Source: Cycas panzhihuaensis
Taxonomy: Eukaryota > Plantae > Cycadophyta
Assembly: GCA_023213395.1 (NCBI GenBank)
Contig: CM041465.1
Span: 82,963,741-83,027,740 of the forward strand
Length of the DNA stretch: 64,000 nucleotides
Direction: 5' to 3'
Part shown: piece after piece, positions 25,300 to 36,389 of the stretch
Layout: every line of letters begins with the position of its first letter
Numbering within the stretch: the stretch's first letter is position 1
The notes under the pieces: generated by a model
The model's database searches: none
What the model was told of the DNA's origin: nothing
Seen by the model: the letters and a program-made list of their open reading frames with translations, nothing else
Translations under genes and position numbers: made by a program

Positions 25300-25613
25300 T
25301 TGATGTAGGGTTTTAGTTTACTACCCTTGACCATTTCAGGCAGTAGCTAGCCTGATAGTTTCTTCAACTGGATAGTGCCATTCTGGTACACCTTCTCAAT
25401 CATATATGGGCCTTTCCAATGCATCTTCAATTCTCCTTGGGTTGTTTGGGATTTGTTGTCAAATCGCCATACTCGATCACCCTTCTTGAAATACGATGTC
25501 TTGTCGTGGCGGTCGCGCCTTATCTTTTTTCGCCTTTTTCTTGGTGTGGTATGCTTTGTCAGTTTCTTCTTATAATCCCTTAATTGATCTTGATTTATTA
25601 TTCCTTCTTCCAA
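25300..25613 (-). pseudogene. Integrase C-terminal (GPY/F) fragment of D
   Basis: FKKGDRVWRFD...LKMHWKGPYMIEKVYQNGTIQL. Confidence 0.85.
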
Positions 25614-28600
25614 CTAATGTTTTCTATAATGTATCAATTGGGAATTTCCACATAGTGGTTCTTTATAAAAGGGCTTCACATAATCTCCAACATATTCTCC
25701 ATGATTTCTATCTTCTGGAGTGGCAATTTTGTTTCCTAGACCGGAATCTCTAGGGATACTCTCAACAAGTTCCTTTTTTTCTTCCTCAAATTTGGCGCCG
25801 ATGGTTGAAAAAGATCTTTCGCTGGGTAGGTGTACCTCTAAAGAAGATGAGGAAGGTTTGTTACTTCCTTCCTTGGGTTGGGATGGGGGTGGGGAAGGGC
25901 AATCTACCTCAAGACCCACACTGGAGGTAGAGGGAAGGTTAGGGTTAAAGGGGGTTGGGATATTGGGAGGTGAATTAGGATAAGGTTTTGGGTTAAAAAG
26001 GGGATTTGGATTTGGGTCTTGGTTTTTAATGTTATTATTAACACTCATATAATCAACAAATTTAGATTTAATATCAACGTGCTTAGTTACATTCTGAGAA
26101 AGTAGGTTACACCTATAGGATGAGGGGTTGACTTCATATGCGTCCTGTAGCCAATAATCCACAAATCTCATCCCGTTTTCATCGTCTGAAGAGTTGTAAA
26201 TTTCTCCAAAGTAAGTCGGTTCTTCTTCTTGGCGGTCGATCAATTTGGTGGGTTCTTCGGCCGCGTGGTAGAGATTTCTTTCGTCGAATGAAGAAGTTGT
26301 TGTTTCACTTACGACAGTCGCATTGGATCCTTCGTCCAGTATCATCTCAATGGAGTTTCTTTCTAACATTGGTAATACCACTTTGTTTCCATCATCTGAT
26401 AAAGTGAAGGTCACGTTCTTCCAGTTTTGGAGACACTGGGTCTTGTATAGCTAGGGCCTCCCCAATAACGTTGGATAGGGTGTTGCACCCTTTTCTGTTT
26501 CTACGATTGTAAAGTCAATTTTTACAACAATCCCTGCCACATCCACTTTGATGTCGGCCAGCCTCCCCATAGGTCGCACCAATAATTTGTTGGCCAATTT
26601 CAACGAATATGTTGCTGCCTCCAGTTTCGGGCTTCCCAATTTTCGCCATGTCGAAGTAGATAGTACATTTACGGCTGCGCCCCCATCGACAATCACTTTC
26701 GGAAATGTTTCTCCTAATACCATCATTGTCACCATGGGATCCATGTTGAATGATGGCATCACTTTCATTAAACCCTTGGTAATTCCTCGTTGCAATATCC
26801 CTCCTTTAATCCAATCAATTATTTGGTATAAAGGAATAGTTAATTGCAACTGTTTCACCAGATTTTCTATCAACAACAACATTCTTGGAATGTCCTCGAC
26901 CGGTAATCCTTTGAATAGTTCCTCCATCTGTACCATTTGAGGCTGTATTTTCGGCTCTTCTAGTACCTTATCTTTCTCCTTTTGCTTATTCTTTCTTACA
27001 TATACATATTTAGTTTCTGGCTTCCCCATTGGTAATGCACTCTCTTCTTGAGCTAAGTCTTCTAACACTTGTTTCGCTTGTTTAAATCGATTCATTTCTG
27101 TCTGTGGATTCAGATATCCTTCATCTTCTTTCTCCTTTTGTTTCTTTTGGAGTTTTACATTTTTACTCTCTAGTATGATTGTCATGAGATTGGTAGCTTT
27201 AGTTTTTCCCTTACAATCTTCTGTTTTGTGCTCACTTGGTCCACAGTTGTTGCATACGAACGGTTTTTGTTCGTATTCCCATTTGGTTGGGCATTCGGAT
27301 TTTCAATGCCCAAATTGTAAGCAAATAAGGCATCTTCCCATTGGTTGTTTCTTCCTCGAGGGCTCCTGTGTATTCCTCATTGTATAAAAGTCCCGAGGTG
27401 GGTTGCCTCCCCTTCCCCTACCTCGTCCTCTGTATGATTTTCCTCTTGGGCTGTAGAAACAATCTTTTGTCATATGCGTATCCACATCGCATATGTGGCA
27501 CCATTTGTCTCTTTGGTGCAATGCTCTATTCTTCGGATTGAGTTCACATTCTTTAGTCGTGTGTGTGAACTTTCTTCACAGATGTGGCACCATTTTTCCA
27601 CTCTGCCTTCGTGATCGTTTTTCTTCTTTGTTGCTTCCTCTTCTCTGTTATTTCTTATTTTTAGTCTTGCCACTTCCTTTCTTAGGGCTTCTAATTCTGA
27701 TTCCTCTTCTGCTACTCCCACCTAGCAAAAGGGTCAATTATATTGGTGTTGTTTGATTTCCCTGATCTCTTCTTGTAATCTCAATAGGAGGGAGTCGTGT
27801 CCTCCAGCCTGCACATCCATCTCCATCTCAAAGTCAAGTGCTAAATCTTGGGCATTCTTGAATGACTTTAATGGATGTGCATGCATCATAGCTCTCAGTT
27901 TCTCATTCAGTCCTCTGACAAAATAATTTTTCATATTATGGTCTGTTACCGTTTCATTGATCATATTAGCCGCAATGATTTTCATCTTACTGATATAAGT
28001 TAATACTGGTTCTCCTGGCCTTTGTTTAATTTCCCTAAGGGCAATTTCCACTGCTTCGTTGCTTCAGAATTTTTAAAATCTTTCCTCAAAGGATTTCTTT
28101 ATTTTCGACCACGAATCTTTCTTATTTAATTCTTTGTACCATGCCAATGGTACTCCCCTTAATGTACAGGTGAATCTGGCTTTTATCTCGTCTTCATCTG
28201 TAATCTTCTTCACATCAATCAAATTTTGAAAGAGATATACATGTTTGACTGCATCCGAAGTGTCATTGAAAATCAACTTCCCAAAATCTCTATAATCATC
28301 CATCCTGGGAGATTGTATCGGTGTCCCACCTGGTGACGATTCTTCCCCTTTCTCCTCTTCACTGGATTCTATCTCCTTCTCTTCACTCTTCTCTTTTGGA
28401 GATGTGCTTGGAGTGCTTACTGCAATATTATCTTTTCCAAATAATGGATTCTTAAATGGAGTTTTAAGATGTATAGGTTCTAATACACCTGGCACTTGTA
28501 TTGTTAACGGTGTCACTGTTATATATGACTAATCAGACCCCCTATCTGATGAATCCTCAAAAAGCTGCCTTGTTAGCTTATTTTTCCAATATGCCGAGGG

Positions 28601-28999
28601 ACCTTCCTCTGCCTTCTTCTCGCTATCACTTAGGTCCTTCGGAGTGTCTTCCACAGGTATACTTTCCTCCTTTGTTAAAGTGTCTTTATGTTCTTCATCC
28701 ACTTTTGGTTTTTCTTCATATTCTGGGCTAAACAGGTCATCCTTGATTGGGGCTGGTGTTAGTACCATTCGTTTGCCATTGTTTCCCTCTCCTTGTTCCT
28801 AAGGTGTCTGGGCTCCACTTGCCTCAGATTCTTCAACGGACTGCCCCTTAGTCTCGTTATTCTGCGAACTTAATCTCCTTGCCCTTCTCAGTTTTTCCTC
28901 TTTTGACCATCGTAATGCCCTCTGTCTGCTTGTTTCTTTCCCTTTAGGTGAAGTATCCTTTTGTGGCTCTTCCGCCTTTGAAGGCCTTTTAGGTGGCAT
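25614..28999 (-). pseudogene. gag-protease of D (disrupted)
   Basis: FTCTLRGVPLAWY capsid motif, KQRPGEPVLTYI, CCHC knuckles and IVDGGAAVNVL...LLGRP protease. Confidence 0.92.
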
Positions 29000-29125
29000 T
29001 GGAAGGTCCCTTGGCTGTTGGAGGCTTAGTTATGGCCTGCCATCACGACGACAACTAGGGTCCTCTGTCCTTTACACATTCCTCCTTTTGAAACTCCTGG
29101 GCCGTGTCCCTCCTCAATGGACGTA

Positions 29126-29138
29126 GGCAACAGAACTA
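29126..29138 (-). promoter_or_regulatory. tRNA-Glu PBS of D
   Basis: Plus strand GGCAACAGAACTA. The consensus with A gives GGCAACGGAACCA, the tRNA-Glu 3' end (recalled). Confidence 0.78.
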
Positions 29139-29139
29139 A

Positions 29140-30020
29140 TGTTGACTTTATGATTTCACACCCCTTATGAGATCAATACACTTGTCAAAGTTACACAGGT
29201 TATAGTCTAGTTTAGGACACAGTCAACATCATTATCCACATAGATCACACAGATTTATTAATATTTCCACATGATTATAGCATAACGACACACAGCAGTA
29301 CAGAGATCAGCACCTATTTCACATTCAATCCTTGCAAACACATAGAATCCACAATTTCCACGCAACTCTTATTTTATTAAGCAATAAGTTTTTTTACACA
29401 AGGTGCTGGAATGCATTCATTATACATTCCACCCTCATACATTCACTCTGTCACATGCATACCCAGGAGGTACCCATCAAAATACACGGCTTAGGCTATT
29501 GTCATGCGTACTGGTCTCCGTACCAATGCGTACTGGTATACTTGGCTCTCACCCTAGAGAGTATGCCATAGAATTGAATCACTCGGCTCTCACACTGGAA
29601 TGGTCCTCAAAGCATCATTAAATATGTCCCTTCGATGCCTTTTGGGTGAAAGGTTATGACCCAAAGTCATAACCATACCTTTTTGTCACCAAGGTACCCT
29701 TTCACTTTAACACTTGATTAAGTCTCCTTAATGGTGTCTTTTCTGATCCATACATCCATACATATGTCTGACGTCATCCCAGGTATCCATCTATCAAGTC
29801 CTGCCATGCGTACCTTTGATGCCTGCTTACGTTCTACCAGAGGTACGTATCTGTGTTACGTACCTTTTCAAGTACGCACCTGTCATACGTACCCAGAATG
29901 TTGATTTCTCCAACTTTCTGCCACATGCATACCTCTGTATGGTCCATACCTACACATCCAAGGTTATACAGCCTATCTTTGGTCTCCTCATAGCCTAGCG
30001 TGCCAAACTCTGTCCCAACA
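29140..30020 (-). repeat. 5' LTR of D
   Basis: Direct repeat of 23996-24865, adjacent to the PBS. Confidence 0.95.
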
Positions 30021-30399
30021 ATGTAGGGTAAGGAAATCAACATCATTGAACAACCTTGCAAGACTAAAACATTCCTACAAATAATGTGAGCTTAGGCTAT
30101 GAAATATAATCTTGTATATTTTTACATAAATACAACCTTGAATTACTAACTTTGAAAGGAACTTAATGACATTTAATTCTTTCATCATTTCATTGGAGCA
30201 TCATAGTCCTTTAGCATACCAATCTAAGATCCATTGTAGTAGCCTAGGCTAATTTCCTAACAACTATCACCCGACCACTGAACCCTACGGATTTTTTTGA
30301 GAACCCAAGCAAACTTTAGAAACCTAGAAGACCAAATCTCAACTAACAATATTGATTGATAAGAAGTGAAGTGCTATTATATTTCTCTCATCTATTTAT

Positions 30400-31830
30400 T
30401 ACTTACTTTATTTTATCTTTGCCTTCTCAATGAGGGATATTTATCTACTACCCAATCCCCCTTGTTAAAAGTTTGTTTAGATTGGTTTTGGTTAGCTTGT
30501 TGCTTCATCTTGCTCTATGCTTGTGCTAAATTATCCTTCAAACTATCATTTATTTGATGAGAAGACATGATGAGATCTTCGATGAGTAGTATCTTGATCT
30601 TGTGTTGGATGCAACTAGAAACATTGGGTGGATCATAACTATACAAGGCCTCGAATGGTGTCATTCTAGTCAACATGTAGTATGTTGCATTATACAACTA
30701 TTCTGATAAAGGTAGGCAATGTGCCCACTTGCTTTGAGTGTTGACTAAAAAACTTCTTAAATATCCCTCTAGACATTTGTTGACCAACTCTAAGTTATTA
30801 TTTATTTGTGGATGGTGCTTATTATTAATGTTGTGCCTATGATCCTGAAGAGATCCTTCCAAAAATGACTCAAGAATTTGGGGTCCCTACCATTAGTGAT
30901 GATTTTTGGAAACCCATGTAGGTGGTGAATGTCTTTCATGAAAAGCCTTGCAACTTGGATTGCCTTGTAGGTGGACAAGATTCCTAAACAACACGTGCAC
31001 TTGGTTAATCGGTCTATAACCACAAAAATGTAGTCATTTCCTTTTGACTTTAGCAACCTTATGATGGAATACATCGATATATCGTGCCACTTTTGGATAG
31101 GAATGGGTATAGGTTGCAACAATCCTTGAGTCTTTACATTGATGGTCCTTTATTTCTAACAGGTGCCACACTCTGCCACATACTTATGGGAGTCCCACTT
31201 CATTCCTAAATAATGGAATGATTTCTAGATCCTTTTATAGATGTTAGGGAGCCCTATACACTCCACTATGGTTGTGGTATTGCATTCCTCCATTATCATT
31301 GCCTTAAATGTTATGGTTGGGATAAGAATAATGCACCCTTGATGCTAGCGCAAATTACTTTTCCATTCATATTTGTCTAACTAGTTGCCTCCTTCTTGTA
31401 TTTCTTGAATGGTCTTGGAGACTGTCATCTAAAGGATATTCTTGCCATGCTTTCTCGCTCCAAGTTAGGGCAATGACTAAGATGGCTTGGATCTTGGTGT
31501 CCTTGTCTTGTCATGATGAGCCATTTTCTTCCCTATTGAGGGTCTTTGTTTTGTCTATAATTTCAAAGTCAAAGACCTATATCTTACTCACCTATTTCTA
31601 TTGTTTAAGAGATAGCAATTTATGGTACATGAAGTATTATACACTGTTGTGATTTGTTCATACTAGGAATTTGTTGTCTATTAGATATTACCTCCATTTA
31701 CATATGGCATGTAGAATTGCTAACTTCTCTTTATCATACATTAGCTTAAGTTATTCCTTTGCATTTAGCTTTAGGCTTTCAAAGGTGATGGGTGCCTCTT
31801 CTTGCATGAGAACTACCCCTAAGTAATTTG
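30400..31830 (-). pseudogene. Decayed chromoviral gypsy RNase H-integrase fragment
   Basis: LQPIPIPIQKWHDISM, FVVIDRLTK, GRDPKFLSHFW and MTPFEALY. Confidence 0.85.
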
Positions 31831-34033
31831 ACCTCCTCATTTCAGTCAGTTGCTTTTTTTTGTGTTTTTTGTATGTTTTGATCTTGGATGGAAGGCAGCA
31901 TGAATGCCTCTTCCTTCACTTGACATTAGAGCGAGACTGATATCAACTTTGAGGCACTCCTCATAAATTTTAGTTGCCAAGATATTAGTTGTAGACTATC
32001 CCATCATATTCTTTGGATTTATGCCATTAGAAGTACCATTAAGAGAAGAATGACTGGCATCCCTCCTTTGTCGCTATTACACGTCTTTGTTGTAATAGTT
32101 GAAGTTGTTGCATCTGAAACTATTGCAATTGATGTAGTTGCTCCCTTGCTTTCATTTATTGTCTGTATGAAGCTGCAATCTTTGAATGCTTCTCATTCAT
32201 CCTTGTTTTTCTTGCTTAAACAGTGTTTTCACACCAAGGTAGTACTCTCCTAGAGTAATACAAATCTTGGTGCCCATTTCGTGGAATACAAGCACTTTGT
32301 AATATATGATAGCTCCAATGCTTATTGGGATAGGAACTTTGACACTTCCCACTCATGTGATCGTGTTGTAAGATCAGGTGAAAACCCACATGTAGCTTCT
32401 AATAAGTTGTTTCTATGTAGTGGTTAATTGGTCGAGCGGAGTTCAGAGAGTGGGATAGAGCAAAGATATACAAAGAGGATTGGGCCTATGATCTACAAGC
32501 CTATGTCTTCTTGAAAGGTTGATTGCTAATGTCACTCATTTCACTTCACCCATTCGATGATATGTAGATGTTATAATTCACAGATTGCTTGTTGCTGCTT
32601 TGGGTTTGCATAAATTGCCTTCACATTTTAGGATTCATCGACCGCTGCTGCGTAACCAGAGAACGACTATGGCAGCCATTGACATGGATATATCAAATGC
32701 AACCTCAGTAATGCGTTTTCAAACCCTTTGAAATCTATTTGCAGGCATCTTCAAGTCCAACATTCTGCAAGATTAAGATACTTAGCTTCCTCGCATACAG
32801 AGTAACAGAGCGCATCCACCACACTCTGTGAAATGCCACTTGAAGAAGTGTGATTGTTGTCCATCATTAGAGCATTGTTCGATTAAGAGAAAGGGACAAG
32901 GAAGCTGTACAGTGACCAAACTCTAAGCTAAGAATGATGAGAACTCTCCATTAGTTGTCACCAAGATTGATTTACCATCTACTTTGCTCTAAACTTAGCA
33001 GAGGAGATCAGACTTCAATTTGTCAAGTATTGATCAATTTATCAATGAGTTGCAGAGATGCATTGATGAGTTTTTTCGTATGAAATTGGGTGACCTTCAA
33101 CTGACTTCCATTCGCTGGAGGATCGACAAAACATAGCAGCATGCCCACTCGCTATGATCTTCTCGGCATCTAGACCTAAAATACAATGCTAGATTTTGAT
33201 TTCACAGCTTCGTTGAAGAGAAATTTTTGTTTGTGTCCTCATTCCTTTGTCCATGTTTTTCGTTATGTTGTTTAATTTTTTTAATTTTTCTAGAGTTTTT
33301 AAAACTTTATGTTATATCTTTCAAAATATTCATAGTATATTTTCTTTTTAATATTTGTCTTCATTCTAAAGTTTTGTCTTTTTAATCATTTTAGCTCATT
33401 TAAGTAGTTTTTAGTCTGTTTTTTTATTTGTTCTTAGTTTTTAGAGGCCTTTTTTAGTTTTTGATATATTTCTTTTTATATACACGAAAGAATAATAAAT
33501 TTTAATCATAAAATCTTTAAAAGAAAACTTGAAAGATTAAAAAGATAATTTCCTAATTGAACCACCCTTCATTACCAGTCCTACAAGGGGAATGATTAGG
33601 ACTCCTCAAGGTACCACTCCCACACACTTTATTGTGCTTTCTCGAAGTCTATAGAGTATAAGGGAAGGTAAAAGCTATTAGATGTATTGAGTGGTAGACT
33701 AAGGTGTATACCTAATAAACCTTGGAGTTTTGGAGATTAGGCTAGAGCTGAAGAGGGTGAATGCCTTGGTTGGAAGTGTGCCCTTAGATAAGGATCTGTT
33801 ATTCAGGCTGTAAATTCAGCATAAGTGGGTCAACAGTGTCGCTGGGTGGCAAAGCCTTCAATAGTGCCCGTGTACCTTCAGGTATATAGGGTTCCCAATC
33901 TATCACTTGTGAGTAGGTATGGCATCAGATAAGATCGTCTCAACTACCAGACGTTGTTAAGCAAGGAGACATTAGGACTATAACTATTAGATTAGCAAAC
34001 CTTTAGGTAGACAAGACACATATTTGAGACAAA

Positions 34034-36043
34034 ATGGCACTTCAAATAGTTGCAACTAACACTATTAAATTATCAGGCAGTGATAATTTCTTGGCTTGGA
34101 AGAAACAAGTCAAGAACATTTTGATAATAAATAAACTATGGGCTTATCTTTCTGGTGAAATTTCCATGTCTAAAGACACCCGAGACCCTGATGATATTAA
34201 TGTTGTCATTCTTATTGATCCTACTGCTTTAACCTCCTTTAAGGATCTTGATGAAGTTGCCCTATCTCTCCTACACCTTTCCTGTGAGGATAATGTTGAC
34301 CAAAACATTTAGCTTGTTTCTATTTCTACTGAAGCTTGGGAAATAATCTGTGCATTGTACAAAAGGAAAGACAATGCTAGAATTGTCATGCTCATAGCGC
34401 AACTCTACTCTATACCTTATGCAAGATCAATTGTAGCTCACTTGACTTAAATCAAGTCAATCAAGAACCAATTGAGCGTTATAGGGCATCCACCTGATGA
34501 TTGTGACCTGATATCTTATATTGCCAATAGGATATAATTCTCTTATATCCAATATATCTTACTTTGATCATCATGCCACATTAGATTTCAACACTTTTAA
34601 AGGTCTTTTGCTTCAAGAGGAATGTATTTTGAGCAAACTTGGAGATTTAGGTGCCTCCTCTTCAATTCCAGCTTTTGCAGCATGACATAAGGGGAAACAA
34701 CAACATCCAGACCTTAATTAGTAGTTCGGTTTAATGAATTTGAACCAACATCCATATCAACAGTGTCAACAATGTCCTCAATATCCTAATCAAATTGTTT
34801 GTCACTACTGTGGCAAACCTAGTCACATTGCACTTGATTGTAGGAAGAAGAAAATTGATTTGTAATAGCAACGGCATCAGAACTGCCCTGTAACTCGAGC
34901 AATCAGAATGGGCATAGCAATTATCAAGGACCAAGGAAGCAAATCTAGAATGCCCCTTGGGGCAATCAACAAAATAGTAATTGCAACCAGAGATAAAATT
35001 AGAATCAAAGAGGCCACATGGCCAATTCACAAAACGTGTTCTTTGCTGCATTGACAACACATCATTCTGACAAATCCTGGTTGATAGATTCTAGAGTCTC
35101 TCATCACATGACAGATTCTAGAGATTTATTCATAGATACAAGGCTTGTATAGGATTAATCAATAATATTTGGTGATGATGTTGTTTTGAGGTTGCCAAGA
35201 TCAACAATGCTTTCCATATCTTTGAAGGATTCTGATATAGATATCACCTTAATAATATTTTCTATGTCGTTGGCATGACATGCAATATGTTATCAGTCAA
35301 CCAGATAAACAAGCAACACTTTGATGTCCTATTTAATTACCTTGGAAAATGCTTAATTACTAATTTGAATGGCAATTTGATTGCCTTTAGATATGAAGAC
35401 CAAGGCTTGTATAAACTTGATGCAACTTCAAGACCTATATTTCTACAAAATAATATTGGCACTTGTAGTAACTTAGCTTCCACTTCTGATACTTCAGCTT
35501 CCACCTTAAATACTAACGAGCAATCTGCTTCAAAGGCACTTGTTTCTTAGAGACTTCCTAAAGACCGATTATGGCATACAACGCCTTAGTCATTTGAATA
35601 TGAATAGCCTCCATTTGCTTTTCAAATTGAATATGGTGCATAGATTACCAAATATTAAGCAGACTAAATGTGTCTGTGAGGCTTGCGTCATGGAAAAACA
35701 TCATTGGATTTCATTCAGATCAGATGGTAGAGTTTGGCATGCTAAAGAACCATTGGGCCTTGTTCGCTCTGACATTTTTGGACCCATGTCTCAGGCATTA
35801 TTCAATGGCTATTGCTATTTTATTACAGTTATTGATGATTATTTCTATGAAGTATGGGTTTATTTCCTGAAGCAGAAATCAAAAATATTTGAAAATTTTA
35901 GAGAATTTAAGCATGGAACTGAATTAGAATTTGGAAATCCAATCAAAATTCTTCACCACAACAATGGAGGTGAACACACTTTTAGAGAATTCACCTAGTT
36001 TTGTAAATACAATAGGATCAAACGATAGCTTTTTGCCCTTTAC
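34034..36043 (+). pseudogene. copia E gag-protease-integrase N-terminal part
   Basis: ORFs 34034..34312, 35275..35550 and 35540..35998 carry copia motifs. Confidence 0.88.
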
Positions 36044-36378
36044 TAAAGTGTTTCCTCTCAGAAATTCAACCTTGTAGATGCAGACCAATAGAAGTAGAGC
36101 CAAAATAACACAAGTTTGCAAACAGATCACCAAAAGGGAGTACTGAAGTACTTTCTCTTTAAGATAACAATACTCAATAATCCTTACAAGTAGAGATCAA
36201 CCCTTTAAATAAGCATGCGAGGATCTTCTTCCTAATGATATTATTAGTGGCCCTAGCACCCTTACATCTTATTGGACAACTTAGTGGTCCATGCACAAAT
36301 CTTAGTAGCTAACATCAATCCTTAACCTATTGGTAACTCCCCCTTACTAGTGCTTAGGAAAGGTGGGATTACGTTACA
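36044..36378 (-). repeat. 3' LTR of F
   Basis: Direct repeat of 42310-42644. Confidence 0.93.
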
Positions 36379-36389
36379 GGTCCCTCCCT

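Larger units (their letters stand above)
23996..30020 (-). mobile_element. Ty3/gypsy element D, relative of A; internally deleted and non-autonomous (no RT/RH, only the integrase C-terminus)
   Basis: Highly similar LTRs at 23996-24865 and 29140-30020 (TGTTG...CAACA), TSD GTGTA/ATGTA, tRNA-Glu PBS at 29126-29138. gag and protease are collinear with A, followed directly by a GPY/F integrase tail. Confidence 0.95.

Noticed and set aside
24866-25346. env-like ORF expected in Athila-type elements
   Set aside because: Only ~480 bp of AT-rich sequence with poly(T) and no ORF.
29199-29593. Intact tRNA-Glu gene or tRNA-derived SINE in the LTR
   Set aside because: The pieces are separated by more than 300 nt, there is no T-arm/B-box and no cloverleaf is possible. 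Reported as binding boxes instead.
33745-33790. Hammerhead ribozyme (CTGAAGAG core) as in retrozymes
   Set aside because: No correctly placed stem II-GAAA or cleavage triplet.
33830-33895. Resemblance to viral IRES subdomains (GGG-loop hairpin; CCUUCAGGUA/GGAUCUG words)
   Set aside because: Only short recalled word matches, partly in permuted order. Not sufficient without a covariance-model search.
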